33,598 nt of DNA from a virus (lineage: Duplodnaviria; Caudoviricetes): positions 1 to 33,598 of the IMG/VR virus record IMGVR_UViG_3300014656_000084; one strand, written 5' to 3'. Positions 15,853 through 25,205 of this stretch are shown here, in pieces. The stretch's first letter is position 1. Each line of letters begins with the position of its first letter. A program made the translations under genes and the position numbers. The notes beneath the pieces are model-generated. The model worked only from the letters and a program-made list of their open reading frames with translations. It had not been told where the DNA came from and searched no databases.

Positions 15853-16179
15853 ATGAAATACTGTGTAATGGCTAATCTGGCTTTCGATACTCCTGCAAAA
15901 AATGATACAATGTCTCTTGCCATAAAAGATCAGATAGCGGGTAAATTAATATGGGGTGCAGTCCAACACTCTAAAAGCGTTACTGAAGATGGAAAGCCAA
16001 GCAATAATCTGGAGATACGTTTTGACACGGAAGCAGACATGAATGAGTTATTTGCTTTGATTAAAAATAAGATGCTTAAAGTTCCAGTTTTGAAAGGCAG
16101 ATTATCTAAACATCCTTGTCCGCACGATGAAAATAATGGTTCACAGTGTGAGTTTGAAGAGGTTTTTGTTAAGGACTGA
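15853..16179 (+). CDS. Hypothetical protein
   Basis: AGGAG RBS; C-terminal HPCPHDE...C motif. Confidence 0.7.
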   Translation: MKYCVMANLAFDTPAKNDTMSLAIKDQIAGKLIWGAVQHSKSVTEDGKPSNNLEIRFDTEADMNELFALIKNKMLKVPVLKGRLSKHPCPHDENNGSQCEFEEVFVKD

Positions 16180-16182
16180 ATA

Positions 16183-18237
16183 ATGTTAAAGACGATAAGA
16201 ACAAAACTTGCTACAGCGATATCTCCTAAGGTGGCTACCTTAGATAAGGACCGGATACGAATAGAGAGCTATCAGACTCCGAATTTACCTATCTATACCG
16301 ATATGAGCGTTCATAAGGCTACAAAAGAGGGATATAAGATTTCCGTCTTTGTTTATCGCGCTGTGCGAACTATCATTCAAGTGGCAAGTGCTGTGCCGTG
16401 GATCGTGGTCGATAAGGATGGCGAGCCTATAGATAGACATCCGCTGGAGGTAGTGCTGAAAAATCCCAATCCCGAATTTTCAGGTCAAGATATGATTGAA
16501 ATTCTGATAGCACATCTTGAGCTTACTGGAAATGCCCTGTGGCAACCTGTTATCGTGAGAAATCAGATAAAAGAAATATGGCCGGTCATGCCAGACCTGG
16601 TAAGACCTATACCATCCGATGTCAGGGGTGAGTGGCTTAAGGGATGGGACATCACAGTAGACGGACGACATGAGATACTGCCTGCGAATCAGTTTATCCA
16701 TTTTCAGCAAGTAGACCCGGGTAATCCGTACTGGGGAATATCACCGCTTAAGGCTGCTGCGAGGACAGTAGATACCGATAATGAGGCCCAGGATACTCAG
16801 AAGATATCTATGCAGAATAGAGGAGTCGTCGATGGAGTATTCACTCATGAGTCAGTCCTAACACAGGAGCAGTTTGAGGAAGCGAGGCGTCAGGTACGGG
16901 AGAAATTCCTGGATAAGTCTCGGCGACGTGAGCCGTGGGTGCTTGGCGCGGGAGCTAAGTGGAATCAAATGTCTCTTACTCCTGTGGAGATGGATTTTAT
17001 AGCGTCTCGTCTGGCTAATCTTCGAGCTATAGCTGCAGCTTTCGGGCTTGACCCTTGGTGGTTAGGAGACAGAACTACATCAACATATAATAATGTAATG
17101 GAAGCTCGTAAGGCCTTATATGAGGATGTGGTTATTCCACTGCTGGATGATGTAAGGTCAACCATTAATCTTAAAATATCCCCGATGTATGGTGATATTG
17201 AGGTTACATACGACCTCTCCGGTATACCTGCCATGCGGGAAGATTACGGTAAGAAGGTCACGCAGGCTCAAACTCTTTGGAATATGGGAGTCCCGTTTGA
17301 GCAGATAAACACACGTCTTGAAATGGGATTCGATGAGTTCAGAGGATGGAGTTCAGGCTACCTGCCGATGAATTTATTGCCGACTGGTTCTCCGAGAGCT
17401 GAACTTGAAGAGATTGGTGATGAGGAATTAGAAAAGAGTTATAAATCTCTCAATCTGGAATCTGAAGAGGCAAAGACAGTTTATTGGAAGGCAATAGACA
17501 GGAGAAAATTAGGTTGGTGGGGAGTGACGTCTAAGAGGATAGAGACGCTATATAGAAAAGAATCCAACGAAATAGTTAAGGCTATCAAAGGAAAAGGTAC
17601 GGCGGATGAGGTAGATACTGCCAGTTCCCGGGCTATTAAGAAACTTACTCCGGAGTGGGAGAAGATGATAACTGCTATCCTTGTTACACTCGTAAGGGAT
17701 TTTGGAGACCGTATAGCGGATGACCTCGGTGCGCAGCCTAAAAGCATGACTCCATCTGAGGTTAAGTGGCGATTTGACCCGTTTAGCGCAGCCTCTCGTC
17801 TATGGATAGAAAGGCATGGAGCAGAAACGGTTAAAAGTATCATAGATACCAACCTGGCGGATGTAAGGGCGGTAATCCTGATGGGTAAGGAAGAAAATTT
17901 ACTAATACCTCAGATAGCTGAAAGGCTGAAAGCCTTTTATGATGACAGGAGCGAATATAAGGCAATGAGGGTAGCCAGAACGGAAGTATCTGCTGCTGCC
18001 GGATTTGGGCAAAGAGAGGCAGCCGAGCAATCGGGGATAGTTCAGGCGAAGCGGTGGATATCATCGAGGGACGATAGGGTAAGGGATAGCCACCAGGCAC
18101 TAGACGGAGAGGAGCGGCAGTTGGACGAGGCATACTCAAATGGACTGATGTTTCCTGGCGACCCGTCTGGCGACCCTGCCGAGTCTATCCAGTGTAGATG
18201 TGCTGAGCAATATTTTAGCAGGGAACCAAAGGTATAA
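16183..18237 (+). CDS. HK97-type portal protein fused to a MuF (SPP1 gp7-like) minor head domain
   Basis: Portal motifs PNPEFSG, L.LTGNA, IHF....P..PYWGISP, IAAAFGL; C-terminal RVARTE...KRW....DDRVRDSH..LDG...FPGDP.....IQCRC MuF signature. Confidence 0.93.
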   Translation: MLKTIRTKLATAISPKVATLDKDRIRIESYQTPNLPIYTDMSVHKATKEGYKISVFVYRAVRTIIQVASAVPWIVVDKDGEPIDRHPLEVVLKNPNPEFSGQDMIEILIAHLELTGNALWQPVIVRNQIKEIWPVMPDLVRPIPSDVRGEWLKGWDITVDGRHEILPANQFIHFQQVDPGNPYWGISPLKAAARTVDTDNEAQDTQKISMQNRGVVDGVFTHESVLTQEQFEEARRQVREKFLDKSRRREPWVLGAGAKWNQMSLTPVEMDFIASRLANLRAIAAAFGLDPWWLGDRTTSTYNNVMEARKALYEDVVIPLLDDVRSTINLKISPMYGDIEVTYDLSGIPAMREDYGKKVTQAQTLWNMGVPFEQINTRLEMGFDEFRGWSSGYLPMNLLPTGSPRAELEEIGDEELEKSYKSLNLESEEAKTVYWKAIDRRKLGWWGVTSKRIETLYRKESNEIVKAIKGKGTADEVDTASSRAIKKLTPEWEKMITAILVTLVRDFGDRIADDLGAQPKSMTPSEVKWRFDPFSAASRLWIERHGAETVKSIIDTNLADVRAVILMGKEENLLIPQIAERLKAFYDDRSEYKAMRVARTEVSAAAGFGQREAAEQSGIVQAKRWISSRDDRVRDSHQALDGEERQLDEAYSNGLMFPGDPSGDPAESIQCRCAEQYFSREPKV

Positions 18238-18258
18238 ATTATAATCAGGAGGTGAGTA

Positions 18259-19389
18259 GTGGAGCGTAAAACAGTAAAATTTGAAGTTAAGGCAGTCGAC
18301 GAGGAAAGCGGTATCATTGAGGGTTATGGTGCGACTTTTAGCAGCAAGCCCGATTCCTATGGTGATATTATCGACCCCGGTGCTTTTTCCAAGACACTGA
18401 AGGAGAATAAGGATTCCATTGTATCACTATTTAACCATAACGTGATGGAGCCGATAGGATTACCTGAACTAAAACAGGATGCCAACGGTCTTCATGCGAA
18501 AATCCGTCTTGTGATGGATATTCAGAAGGCACGGGATACGCTCGCTCTTGCCAGGGCGGGAGTTATCAAAAGGATGTCAATCGGGTATGATACCGTTAAA
18601 TCTGATTTTATCGACGGTGTTCGGCATCTCAAAGAGGTTCGGCTCTACGATGTCTCTCCTGTGATATTTGCAGCTAACCAGGAGGCCAGGATCCTATCTG
18701 TGAAGGCAGCTACTACATTCGACGACTTGGCATTGGCGGATAGAGAAAAGGAGTGGGATGCCGGAGCAGCAGAGAGGCGAGTCAGGGCCTGGGCGGGTGG
18801 AGATGATATAAACTGGGATAAATATCGCCGGGCATTCATGTGGTATAATTCAGAAGATACAGAGATGCTTGGGTCATATAAGTTAGGCTTTGCTGATATA
18901 TCGGGCGGACGGCTGATAGCTATACCACGAGGCATATTTGCCATAGCCGGTGTGCTAATGGGTGCGCGTGGAGGTGTTCAGATACCAGTGGAGGACAAGG
19001 CGAAGGTGCAAGCGCATTGTGAGAAATATTATACCAAGATGCGCAAGGAATTTGACGATGAAGCCATAGTTGCTCCCTGGGAAAAGTCCAGGGGAGAGTC
19101 TGATGAGACAGGTGCTGAATATTCAAACAATTTAGATATCAAGTCGGGTCGAGTCCTAAGCGCAGCTAGTATGAGTAAAGTCGAAGCTGCTCTTGAGGCA
19201 CTTAGAGCACTTCTTGAGGTTGCTAATGTAGAGGATGAAGCCGAGAAATCACTTCACTCTTCAGAAGAGACTCCTGAAGCCGCTGAACTGGATGCTTTAA
19301 TATCAGGACTCAAGGCAAGTAATGAAGGCTTTGACACTAAAGAAGCCGAATCCAGGATAGATGCTATCCTGGCACAATTAACGAAATAG
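18259..19389 (+). CDS. HK97-family prohead protease with inserted domain and acidic scaffold-like tail
   Basis: EGYGATF...DSYGDII.PGAF, LFNH, MSIGY, LYDVSPV.FAAN..A.I..VK. Confidence 0.92.
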   Translation: MERKTVKFEVKAVDEESGIIEGYGATFSSKPDSYGDIIDPGAFSKTLKENKDSIVSLFNHNVMEPIGLPELKQDANGLHAKIRLVMDIQKARDTLALARAGVIKRMSIGYDTVKSDFIDGVRHLKEVRLYDVSPVIFAANQEARILSVKAATTFDDLALADREKEWDAGAAERRVRAWAGGDDINWDKYRRAFMWYNSEDTEMLGSYKLGFADISGGRLIAIPRGIFAIAGVLMGARGGVQIPVEDKAKVQAHCEKYYTKMRKEFDDEAIVAPWEKSRGESDETGAEYSNNLDIKSGRVLSAASMSKVEAALEALRALLEVANVEDEAEKSLHSSEETPEAAELDALISGLKASNEGFDTKEAESRIDAILAQLTK

Positions 19390-19401
19390 GAGGAAAAGGG
19401 A

Positions 19402-20631
19402 ATGGACCCAAAAGAGTTAGCAAAGAAAATAGAAGAGGCGGTTGGAGAACTCCACAAGGCGGTAGAGCGCCAAGATGCCGAGATTAAAAAGTACGGCGAG
19501 CCTTTATCTGAGACTAAAAGCTCAATCGAGCGTATAGATAAGGCAGTAACTGCTCTCATGGAGCAGAAGGCAAATCTAGACAAACGGCTTGATGACCTTG
19601 AGCTTAAGATCGGTAGAGAAAAACTGGTCAAGCCCGAAAGCGGCGATAACACTGATGAGCAGAAGTCTCGAAAGGCAGCGTTTTACAAATACGTACGCTC
19701 CGGTGAAAAGGCTCTATCTCCAGAGGAACGGAAGGCGCTGGTAGAAGATGCTACCGGTCAATATATCATAGAGCCTGAACTCGATGCCGAGATTGAACGC
19801 ATCTTGCCGAAGATAACGATAATCAGAGGGCTGGCTACCGTGAGGACAATCGGCAAGGACCGCATCAAGATGCGCAGCATGGGTGCCGTATCGGTTGGGT
19901 GGGGTAAGCTAGAGACAGGTACTGATATAACTGAATCTGACCTCACGCCGGGAGTACCGACTCATCAGTACGTAGAAGACCTCTACGGGCTGGCTAAAAT
20001 CGGTGAAGATGAGCTCATGGATAGTGATGTCAATCTTGAGGCGATACTGGGTGAAGAGTTTGCCCGGGCGCTTGGAGAGGCAGAGGAAGAGAAATTTGTA
20101 CTTGGATCCGGGCATGACAGCAATCAGCCGGAGGGCATTACAATCAATGCCACATTAGTAGCTGCTGCCGAGTCTACAGCGGCTTCCGCTGCAATAACTG
20201 TAGAGGATATGCTAAAAATCCTTTATGCATGTCCGGCTCAGTACCGCAGGAATGGCGTGTTTATTGTAAATTCCGCCACAGAACTAGCTATCAGGAAATT
20301 AAGAGCAGGGTCAGGTGGCGCAGCGGGAGAGGTACTTGGCGAGTTCCTATGGCAGCCAAGCGTTCAGGCGGGCGTGCCTAATACCTTCCTGGGTAAGGCG
20401 ATTTATACCCAGGACGACATGAAGACACTGGCTGATACGGCTCAGGTAATTGCGATATTCGGTGACATCAAGGCTGGCTATCGCATCATAGACAGGGTCG
20501 GTATGACTCTTCAGAGACTAACCGAACTGTACGCAGAATCCGGTCTCATCGGGTTCAAGATTCACAAAAGGGTCACTGGTGGTGTCATGAAGGCAAGCCA
20601 GAAACCTATCGTACTGTTAACAGAAGCATAG
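19402..20631 (+). CDS. Major capsid protein, HK97 fold
   Basis: N-terminal coiled-coil delta domain, EERKAL, F..GSG...QPEGI, FLWQPS.QAG.P.T.LG, FGD...GY.IIDR. Confidence 0.95.
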   Translation: MDPKELAKKIEEAVGELHKAVERQDAEIKKYGEPLSETKSSIERIDKAVTALMEQKANLDKRLDDLELKIGREKLVKPESGDNTDEQKSRKAAFYKYVRSGEKALSPEERKALVEDATGQYIIEPELDAEIERILPKITIIRGLATVRTIGKDRIKMRSMGAVSVGWGKLETGTDITESDLTPGVPTHQYVEDLYGLAKIGEDELMDSDVNLEAILGEEFARALGEAEEEKFVLGSGHDSNQPEGITINATLVAAAESTAASAAITVEDMLKILYACPAQYRRNGVFIVNSATELAIRKLRAGSGGAAGEVLGEFLWQPSVQAGVPNTFLGKAIYTQDDMKTLADTAQVIAIFGDIKAGYRIIDRVGMTLQRLTELYAESGLIGFKIHKRVTGGVMKASQKPIVLLTEA

Positions 20632-20710
20632 CCTAAGGGCTAAAGCGAATAGAGTTAAAAAATAAAACGGGGAGGTGAAAATGAATCCTCCCCAAAGGAA
20701 AGGCAATAAA

Positions 20711-21514
20711 ATGGTAGCAAAAATACATAGAGTACATATACCAAACATGGGTGAAGCATCTGTGCCTAAAGGGTCGGGTCATCCGTTTGAGGCTTTTACA
20801 GTGAAGCCTCGTGGCTTTGATATCGGAGATATCCTCAGATTAGGGATGTATACATATGTCCTTGGTAAGTTGGGAGCCACTATTACCGGATGCGGCTTAG
20901 GGCTTAAGAATGGACTGGCACAAGGTGTTGACCAAGTAGTCCTCGGAGCTATTGCCCTTGCAGGAGATATGGAGGTCACACTAACCACATCTGCGACATC
21001 AGGTAAAGCAGGGACAGGTTTGACTGAGGTAGATGACTACAAGGGTGGTACTATCGTTCTATTCAAAGCTGGTGTGGATAAACCACAAATACGGGGTATC
21101 ACTGGTAATACCGCACGAGCTGCGACTGGCGCAGTGAATGTCACGTTCAAATTGGACTCCCCGTTGAATCTTGACCTTGCCGTCACGGATGTAGGTGAGG
21201 CTATGCAGAATCCGTGGTCATATTTGGTTCAGGATTCAGAGATTTCTCATCCTGTCGTTGGTGTGGCTACAGTAGTAGGCACGGCTGGCCAGTACATCTG
21301 GGTGCAGACTTGGGGGCCTGTCTTCGTATCACCTCAAGCCAATGTGGGTGTTGGTGGAGCTGGCATCGGGTGTTACTGGAGGCACGATGGCTCTATCGAT
21401 GTCTATGCATCGATAGGTGCGTATGTGTCAACGCAATATGCTGGGTTCGTACTAGCAGAGGCTATCGCACATACTCAAGGAGCTCCGTTCTTCATGCTTC
21501 AGGTACTACCATAA
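20711..21514 (+). CDS. Putative capsid decoration/cement protein
   Basis: Directly after the MCP; Gly/Ala-rich; GQYIWVQTWG motif; start may be 20675 or 20711. Confidence 0.6.
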   Translation: MVAKIHRVHIPNMGEASVPKGSGHPFEAFTVKPRGFDIGDILRLGMYTYVLGKLGATITGCGLGLKNGLAQGVDQVVLGAIALAGDMEVTLTTSATSGKAGTGLTEVDDYKGGTIVLFKAGVDKPQIRGITGNTARAATGAVNVTFKLDSPLNLDLAVTDVGEAMQNPWSYLVQDSEISHPVVGVATVVGTAGQYIWVQTWGPVFVSPQANVGVGGAGIGCYWRHDGSIDVYASIGAYVSTQYAGFVLAEAIAHTQGAPFFMLQVLP

Positions 21515-21523
21515 AGGTATAGA

Positions 21524-21598
21524 CTGCCCTCCGGGGCAGGTCAGTGAACGGAGGGGTTAGCCGAAAGCGTTTCTCCTTTCGCATAGGTTAACCTCTCC
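21524..21598 (+). promoter_or_regulatory. Intergenic RNA stem-loops after the capsid genes
   Basis: CTGCCC/GGGCAG hairpin, then 13-bp stem GGAGGGGTTAGCC (21550-21562) / GGTTAACCTCTCC (21586-21598) with two G-U pairs. Confidence 0.6.
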
Positions 21599-21619
21599 AT
21601 TAAAAGGAGAATAATATAT

Positions 21620-21892
21620 ATGAGGATACGAATTTTGAAGTCAGTGGCTACCATTCGCGGGTCATTCCAGGCTGGTGATATAGCAGATATGCCTGATGAT
21701 ACAGCTCGTGACTGGTGCCGGGCTGGAATAGCGATGCTCGATAAGAGCATTGAGCCGAAAGAGATAAAGGGTAATAAAAGTATTAAACATAAAGAGACAA
21801 AAGGAAATAACGGTTTATACTGGTGCCAGAAGTGCGGACGAAGTCATGAACGAAAATCCAAAATAGGAAAAAGACATGCGAAAGTTAATTAG
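21620..21892 (+). CDS. Small post-capsid protein with C-terminal CxxC..H motif
   Basis: AAGGAG RBS; MRIRILKS....GD......A..W...GIA pattern common after capsid genes. Confidence 0.7.
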   Translation: MRIRILKSVATIRGSFQAGDIADMPDDTARDWCRAGIAMLDKSIEPKEIKGNKSIKHKETKGNNGLYWCQKCGRSHERKSKIGKRHAKVN

Positions 21893-22373
21893 AGAGATAG
21901 CCTGCGGCATCGGTAGGTCGTTTGGAGCTGAATGCTTTTTACATACTGATGTAGCTCCCGTGATTAATTTACTCAGGATTAGCCGTTCTGAATTCTTAGC
22001 TGAGATGGTAAAGGTCGGTATAGTTCCTATTGACATGGGGACACCTCTCGATAGTGTCATGACAATAACCACTGAAAGTGAGCTAGAGAGAATAGCTCCG
22101 CATCTTGTTTACCCGGCGGGTTGGTATATAGAGGAAATCTGGGACTGTGAAGATTATGCTATTCAGGCCCAGGGTGATGCCTCTCGTAAATTTCATGTAA
22201 GCGGAATAAGGATGGGACTTGGATGGATGCCTCTTGGATATCACGGGTTTCCTATTACGCTATCTAAAGAGGGCACTACTTGGTTATTTGAGCCTAATGC
22301 CGGCTTCTCTTGCGCTGGTAAATGGTTTAAGATAGACGATAACGGATATAGTCCAAATAAGGTACTGGCTTAG
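21876..22373 (+). CDS. Transglutaminase/papain-like cysteine protease domain protein
   Basis: WDCEDYA (Cys), GYHGF (His), WLFEP (Glu) putative catalytic triad. Confidence 0.7.
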   Translation: MRKLIREIACGIGRSFGAECFLHTDVAPVINLLRISRSEFLAEMVKVGIVPIDMGTPLDSVMTITTESELERIAPHLVYPAGWYIEEIWDCEDYAIQAQGDASRKFHVSGIRMGLGWMPLGYHGFPITLSKEGTTWLFEPNAGFSCAGKWFKIDDNGYSPNKVLA

Positions 22374-22383
22374 GAGTGTAATA

Positions 22384-23601
22384 ATGGCTCTATCAGATTT
22401 AGCCTTGGTCAATTTAACGCAAGCGAAGAACTTCTTACAGATAGATACCGCCACATCTCTCCGTATTGATGCTGAATATGTCGGTATGGGTGATGGTGAG
22501 GAGGCAGAGTTTGACCTTGCCCATACTCCGGTCGAAGGCAGTTTGAAATTGTATGTTAATAGTATCCTTCAAGTCGAGGGTACGAATTTTACAATAAGTG
22601 CAGCAACCATAACCTTTTTAGCAGGTTCAATACCTGCTGCTCTGGCTCCTATAACAGCATCGTACGACTATTCTATCACTCTAACTTTAGTTACTATCAG
22701 TGATGAATATGTTGGGCAAGGTGACCCTATAGGTACTACGATATTTTACCTCAACAATATACCGGTGAATGGCAGCCTGGTGCTTTACGTAGATGATGTG
22801 CTGCAAGTTGAGGATGAAGATTATACGCTTGAGGGCTTGACTATTACCTTTGTGGTAGCTCCTCCTAATAAAGATGTCATTCTTGCGAGTTATGATGTAT
22901 CGTGTGGTCTTAATTCTCAAGAGGCATTTGACGATGAGTTGCTGGAAAATCTGATTAATGCAGCTACTAAAAAAGCTGAGGAATATACCGGCAGGGCATT
23001 CGTACAAAGACAGATAACCGAGTCACATAACGGCGATGGTTCGAAGGTGCTCAGACTTTATAGGAGACCGATTGTATCCGTATCATCCGTATCCTATAAG
23101 CGGATAGTCCGTAGTACAGGCGATGGTTCTACAGTCATTTTCTCTCTAGGGTATACTCCAAAATCAGGCAGCTTGACAGTTTACGTAGACGGCGTGCTTC
23201 AGACCGTAACGACTGATTATGCTCTGAGTGGGCAGGTTGTGACATTTGTTAGTGCTCCGGCTGATGATGCCGAGTTAATATTCAGGTTTAATGTTAGCCT
23301 TGTATTAAATAGCAGCTTTTTCGAGCAGCTATACATCGGGAGGTTAACAGGTTCATGGCTATTAAATTATGAATACGTAATAGTCTATACGGCTGGCTAT
23401 GGGTCGACTAGAGCACTTGCCCAGGCAGCAGTCCCTGATGCTTTGACGGCGGTTCTGATAGCGATAGCGAACTGGTGGGAGAATAGGCTTGGTCTATCGA
23501 CTCAGAACATATCAGGGATAGGGTCAGCATCGTACGCAGGTCTGGGATTGCCGGATGCCAGTAAAGAATTACTGAATTCATTAAGGACTGAACTATGTTA
23601 G
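22384..23601 (+). CDS. Head-tail connector (HK97 gp6-like) with three inserted beta-sandwich repeats
   Basis: LTQAKNFLQID, DDELLENLINAAT..AE.YTGR, YTAGY, VPDAL....IANWWENR; three GD..F.L...P..GSL..YV...LQ repeats. Confidence 0.85.
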   Translation: MALSDLALVNLTQAKNFLQIDTATSLRIDAEYVGMGDGEEAEFDLAHTPVEGSLKLYVNSILQVEGTNFTISAATITFLAGSIPAALAPITASYDYSITLTLVTISDEYVGQGDPIGTTIFYLNNIPVNGSLVLYVDDVLQVEDEDYTLEGLTITFVVAPPNKDVILASYDVSCGLNSQEAFDDELLENLINAATKKAEEYTGRAFVQRQITESHNGDGSKVLRLYRRPIVSVSSVSYKRIVRSTGDGSTVIFSLGYTPKSGSLTVYVDGVLQTVTTDYALSGQVVTFVSAPADDAELIFRFNVSLVLNSSFFEQLYIGRLTGSWLLNYEYVIVYTAGYGSTRALAQAAVPDALTAVLIAIANWWENRLGLSTQNISGIGSASYAGLGLPDASKELLNSLRTELC

Positions 23602-23903
23602 CAGGCTTGATACGGCAGAGAGTAAAGCTACAGGAGAAAACGGTTGTACGGGGAGCTTTGGGTGAGACCGTGGTATGGAAACCCATTCAGGAATTGTATG
23701 CCAGAGTGATACCTTTGGATGTGAGGGCAATAGCTCAATATATGCAATTAAACACTCATGTAACGCATAAAGTCCTGCTTCGCGGGACTGTTTCGATAAA
23801 CCTAGGATCGCATAGACTCTTGCATAGGGATAGGATATACCAGCCGCAGCATTCAGCTAAACATTATGACGGAGTGACGGAAGTAGTCGTATTGGAGATA
23901 TAG
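23595..23903 (+). CDS. Head closure/stopper protein (SPP1 gp16-like)
   Basis: M.AGL.R.RV.LQ......GE....W....A.V.P...THKV..R pattern and gene position. Confidence 0.8.
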   Translation: MLAGLIRQRVKLQEKTVVRGALGETVVWKPIQELYARVIPLDVRAIAQYMQLNTHVTHKVLLRGTVSINLGSHRLLHRDRIYQPQHSAKHYDGVTEVVVLEI

Positions 23904-24317
23904 ATGGGCATCGAGATTGTCTTTGAGAATAAAATACGTGAGGTCATGAAGAAGACAACTGATAAAGCCGATGAGCGTATGCTAGAAGCGGTTCAATCAG
24001 TCCGTAATACCACACTTGAAACTCTATCAGGTTCTCGGACGGGACGTATATATAAAGTGCCTGGTACTCAGCGGGAATATACGGCAAGTGCTCCCGGTGA
24101 GCCTCCGGCAGTCCAGTTTGGTGACCTTCGCAAATCAGTGAAAGGCGGGATAGAAAAAGAAGGCAAGAACGTAGTGGGATTCGTGGGAAGCGAGCTTCCA
24201 AAAGGGCCGATGCTGGAGTTCGGCACCAGGAATATGGCTCCCAGGCCGTGGCTACGCCCTAGTTTCGAGAAGAGCGCCGATAAGATAAAGGAAATATTTA
24301 CGAGGTTGTGGTTCTGA
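23904..24317 (+). CDS. HK97 gp10-like tail completion protein
   Basis: ASAPGEPPA...G.LR.S, LEFGTRNMAPRPWLRP. Confidence 0.88.
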   Translation: MGIEIVFENKIREVMKKTTDKADERMLEAVQSVRNTTLETLSGSRTGRIYKVPGTQREYTASAPGEPPAVQFGDLRKSVKGGIEKEGKNVVGFVGSELPKGPMLEFGTRNMAPRPWLRPSFEKSADKIKEIFTRLWF

Positions 24318-24748
24318 TGGATATTGTAGAATCGTTGCTTACGGCTATACATACTTTACTTACCGGAGACTCCACTCTCAAAAGTAGAATGGGCGGCACA
24401 GTTCGTTTATATCCTGTGTGGGCTCCGCCGGACGCCGAGTTTCCATATTTGGTTCATAGAATAGATATACGACCTCTGGCGGACTACTCCCCGCAGAGTA
24501 AAAGCACATATCTTATTGACATATGGAGTTATTCACCGTCTGCCAAAGAAACTTTGGATATTAGAGAGAGGCTTATGGAGTTGCTTGATGGATTGGATTC
24601 GTCTACAACAAAGACAAGTGAATTTTGGTTGTGGAAGCAAGGGGATGGGTTTGTACCTGAAAGCACGGAGGGTATATGGCATTATGCAATGATACTTAAT
24701 TTGAAACATACGAACGACGCGCAAATAGGTGTATTATTAAAGAGATAA
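24317..24748 (+). CDS. Tail terminator (DUF3168-like)
   Basis: L.GD..L......R.Y...AP....FPY, IDIWS; TGATG overlap with the upstream gene. Confidence 0.8.
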   Translation: MDIVESLLTAIHTLLTGDSTLKSRMGGTVRLYPVWAPPDAEFPYLVHRIDIRPLADYSPQSKSTYLIDIWSYSPSAKETLDIRERLMELLDGLDSSTTKTSEFWLWKQGDGFVPESTEGIWHYAMILNLKHTNDAQIGVLLKR

Positions 24749-24767
24749 AAACAGGAGGTAAACAGAT

Positions 24768-25187
24768 ATGGCAAGTGAAGCATTGGCAGGGTTTGGAGCA
24801 CTACTGAACTGGGATGGGGTAGATATAGCGGAGTTGACCAACATCAGCGGTCCAACGGAGACTATGGATACGATTGACGTGACCAGTCATGACTCTCCTG
24901 ATACATATCGGGAGTTCGTAGCTGGACTACGGAACGGCGGAGATATATCATTTGAGGGCAACTTCATCAAGGGAAATGCCACTGGGCAGATAGCTATGCA
25001 TACTGATTTCCAAGCCGGTGAGAAGAAGGCTTGGATTATCAAGCTGCCTGGTTGGGTTGCAGGAGTCCCGCAGATATCAGGAAATGGCTTTGTGACAGCA
25101 TTTTCAATGACCTACCCATATGAGGATAAAATCTCATTATCAGGGACAATAAAAGTTACAGGAATGCCAGTTCTGGCAGCAGCATAA
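24768..25187 (+). CDS. Tail tube protein, copy 1
   Basis: ISGP..T.DTIDVTSHDS...YREFVAGLR.GG.ISFEGN...KVTG.P. Confidence 0.9.
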   Translation: MASEALAGFGALLNWDGVDIAELTNISGPTETMDTIDVTSHDSPDTYREFVAGLRNGGDISFEGNFIKGNATGQIAMHTDFQAGEKKAWIIKLPGWVAGVPQISGNGFVTAFSMTYPYEDKISLSGTIKVTGMPVLAAA

Positions 25188-25205
25188 TAAAATAGGAGGT
25201 GAAAC

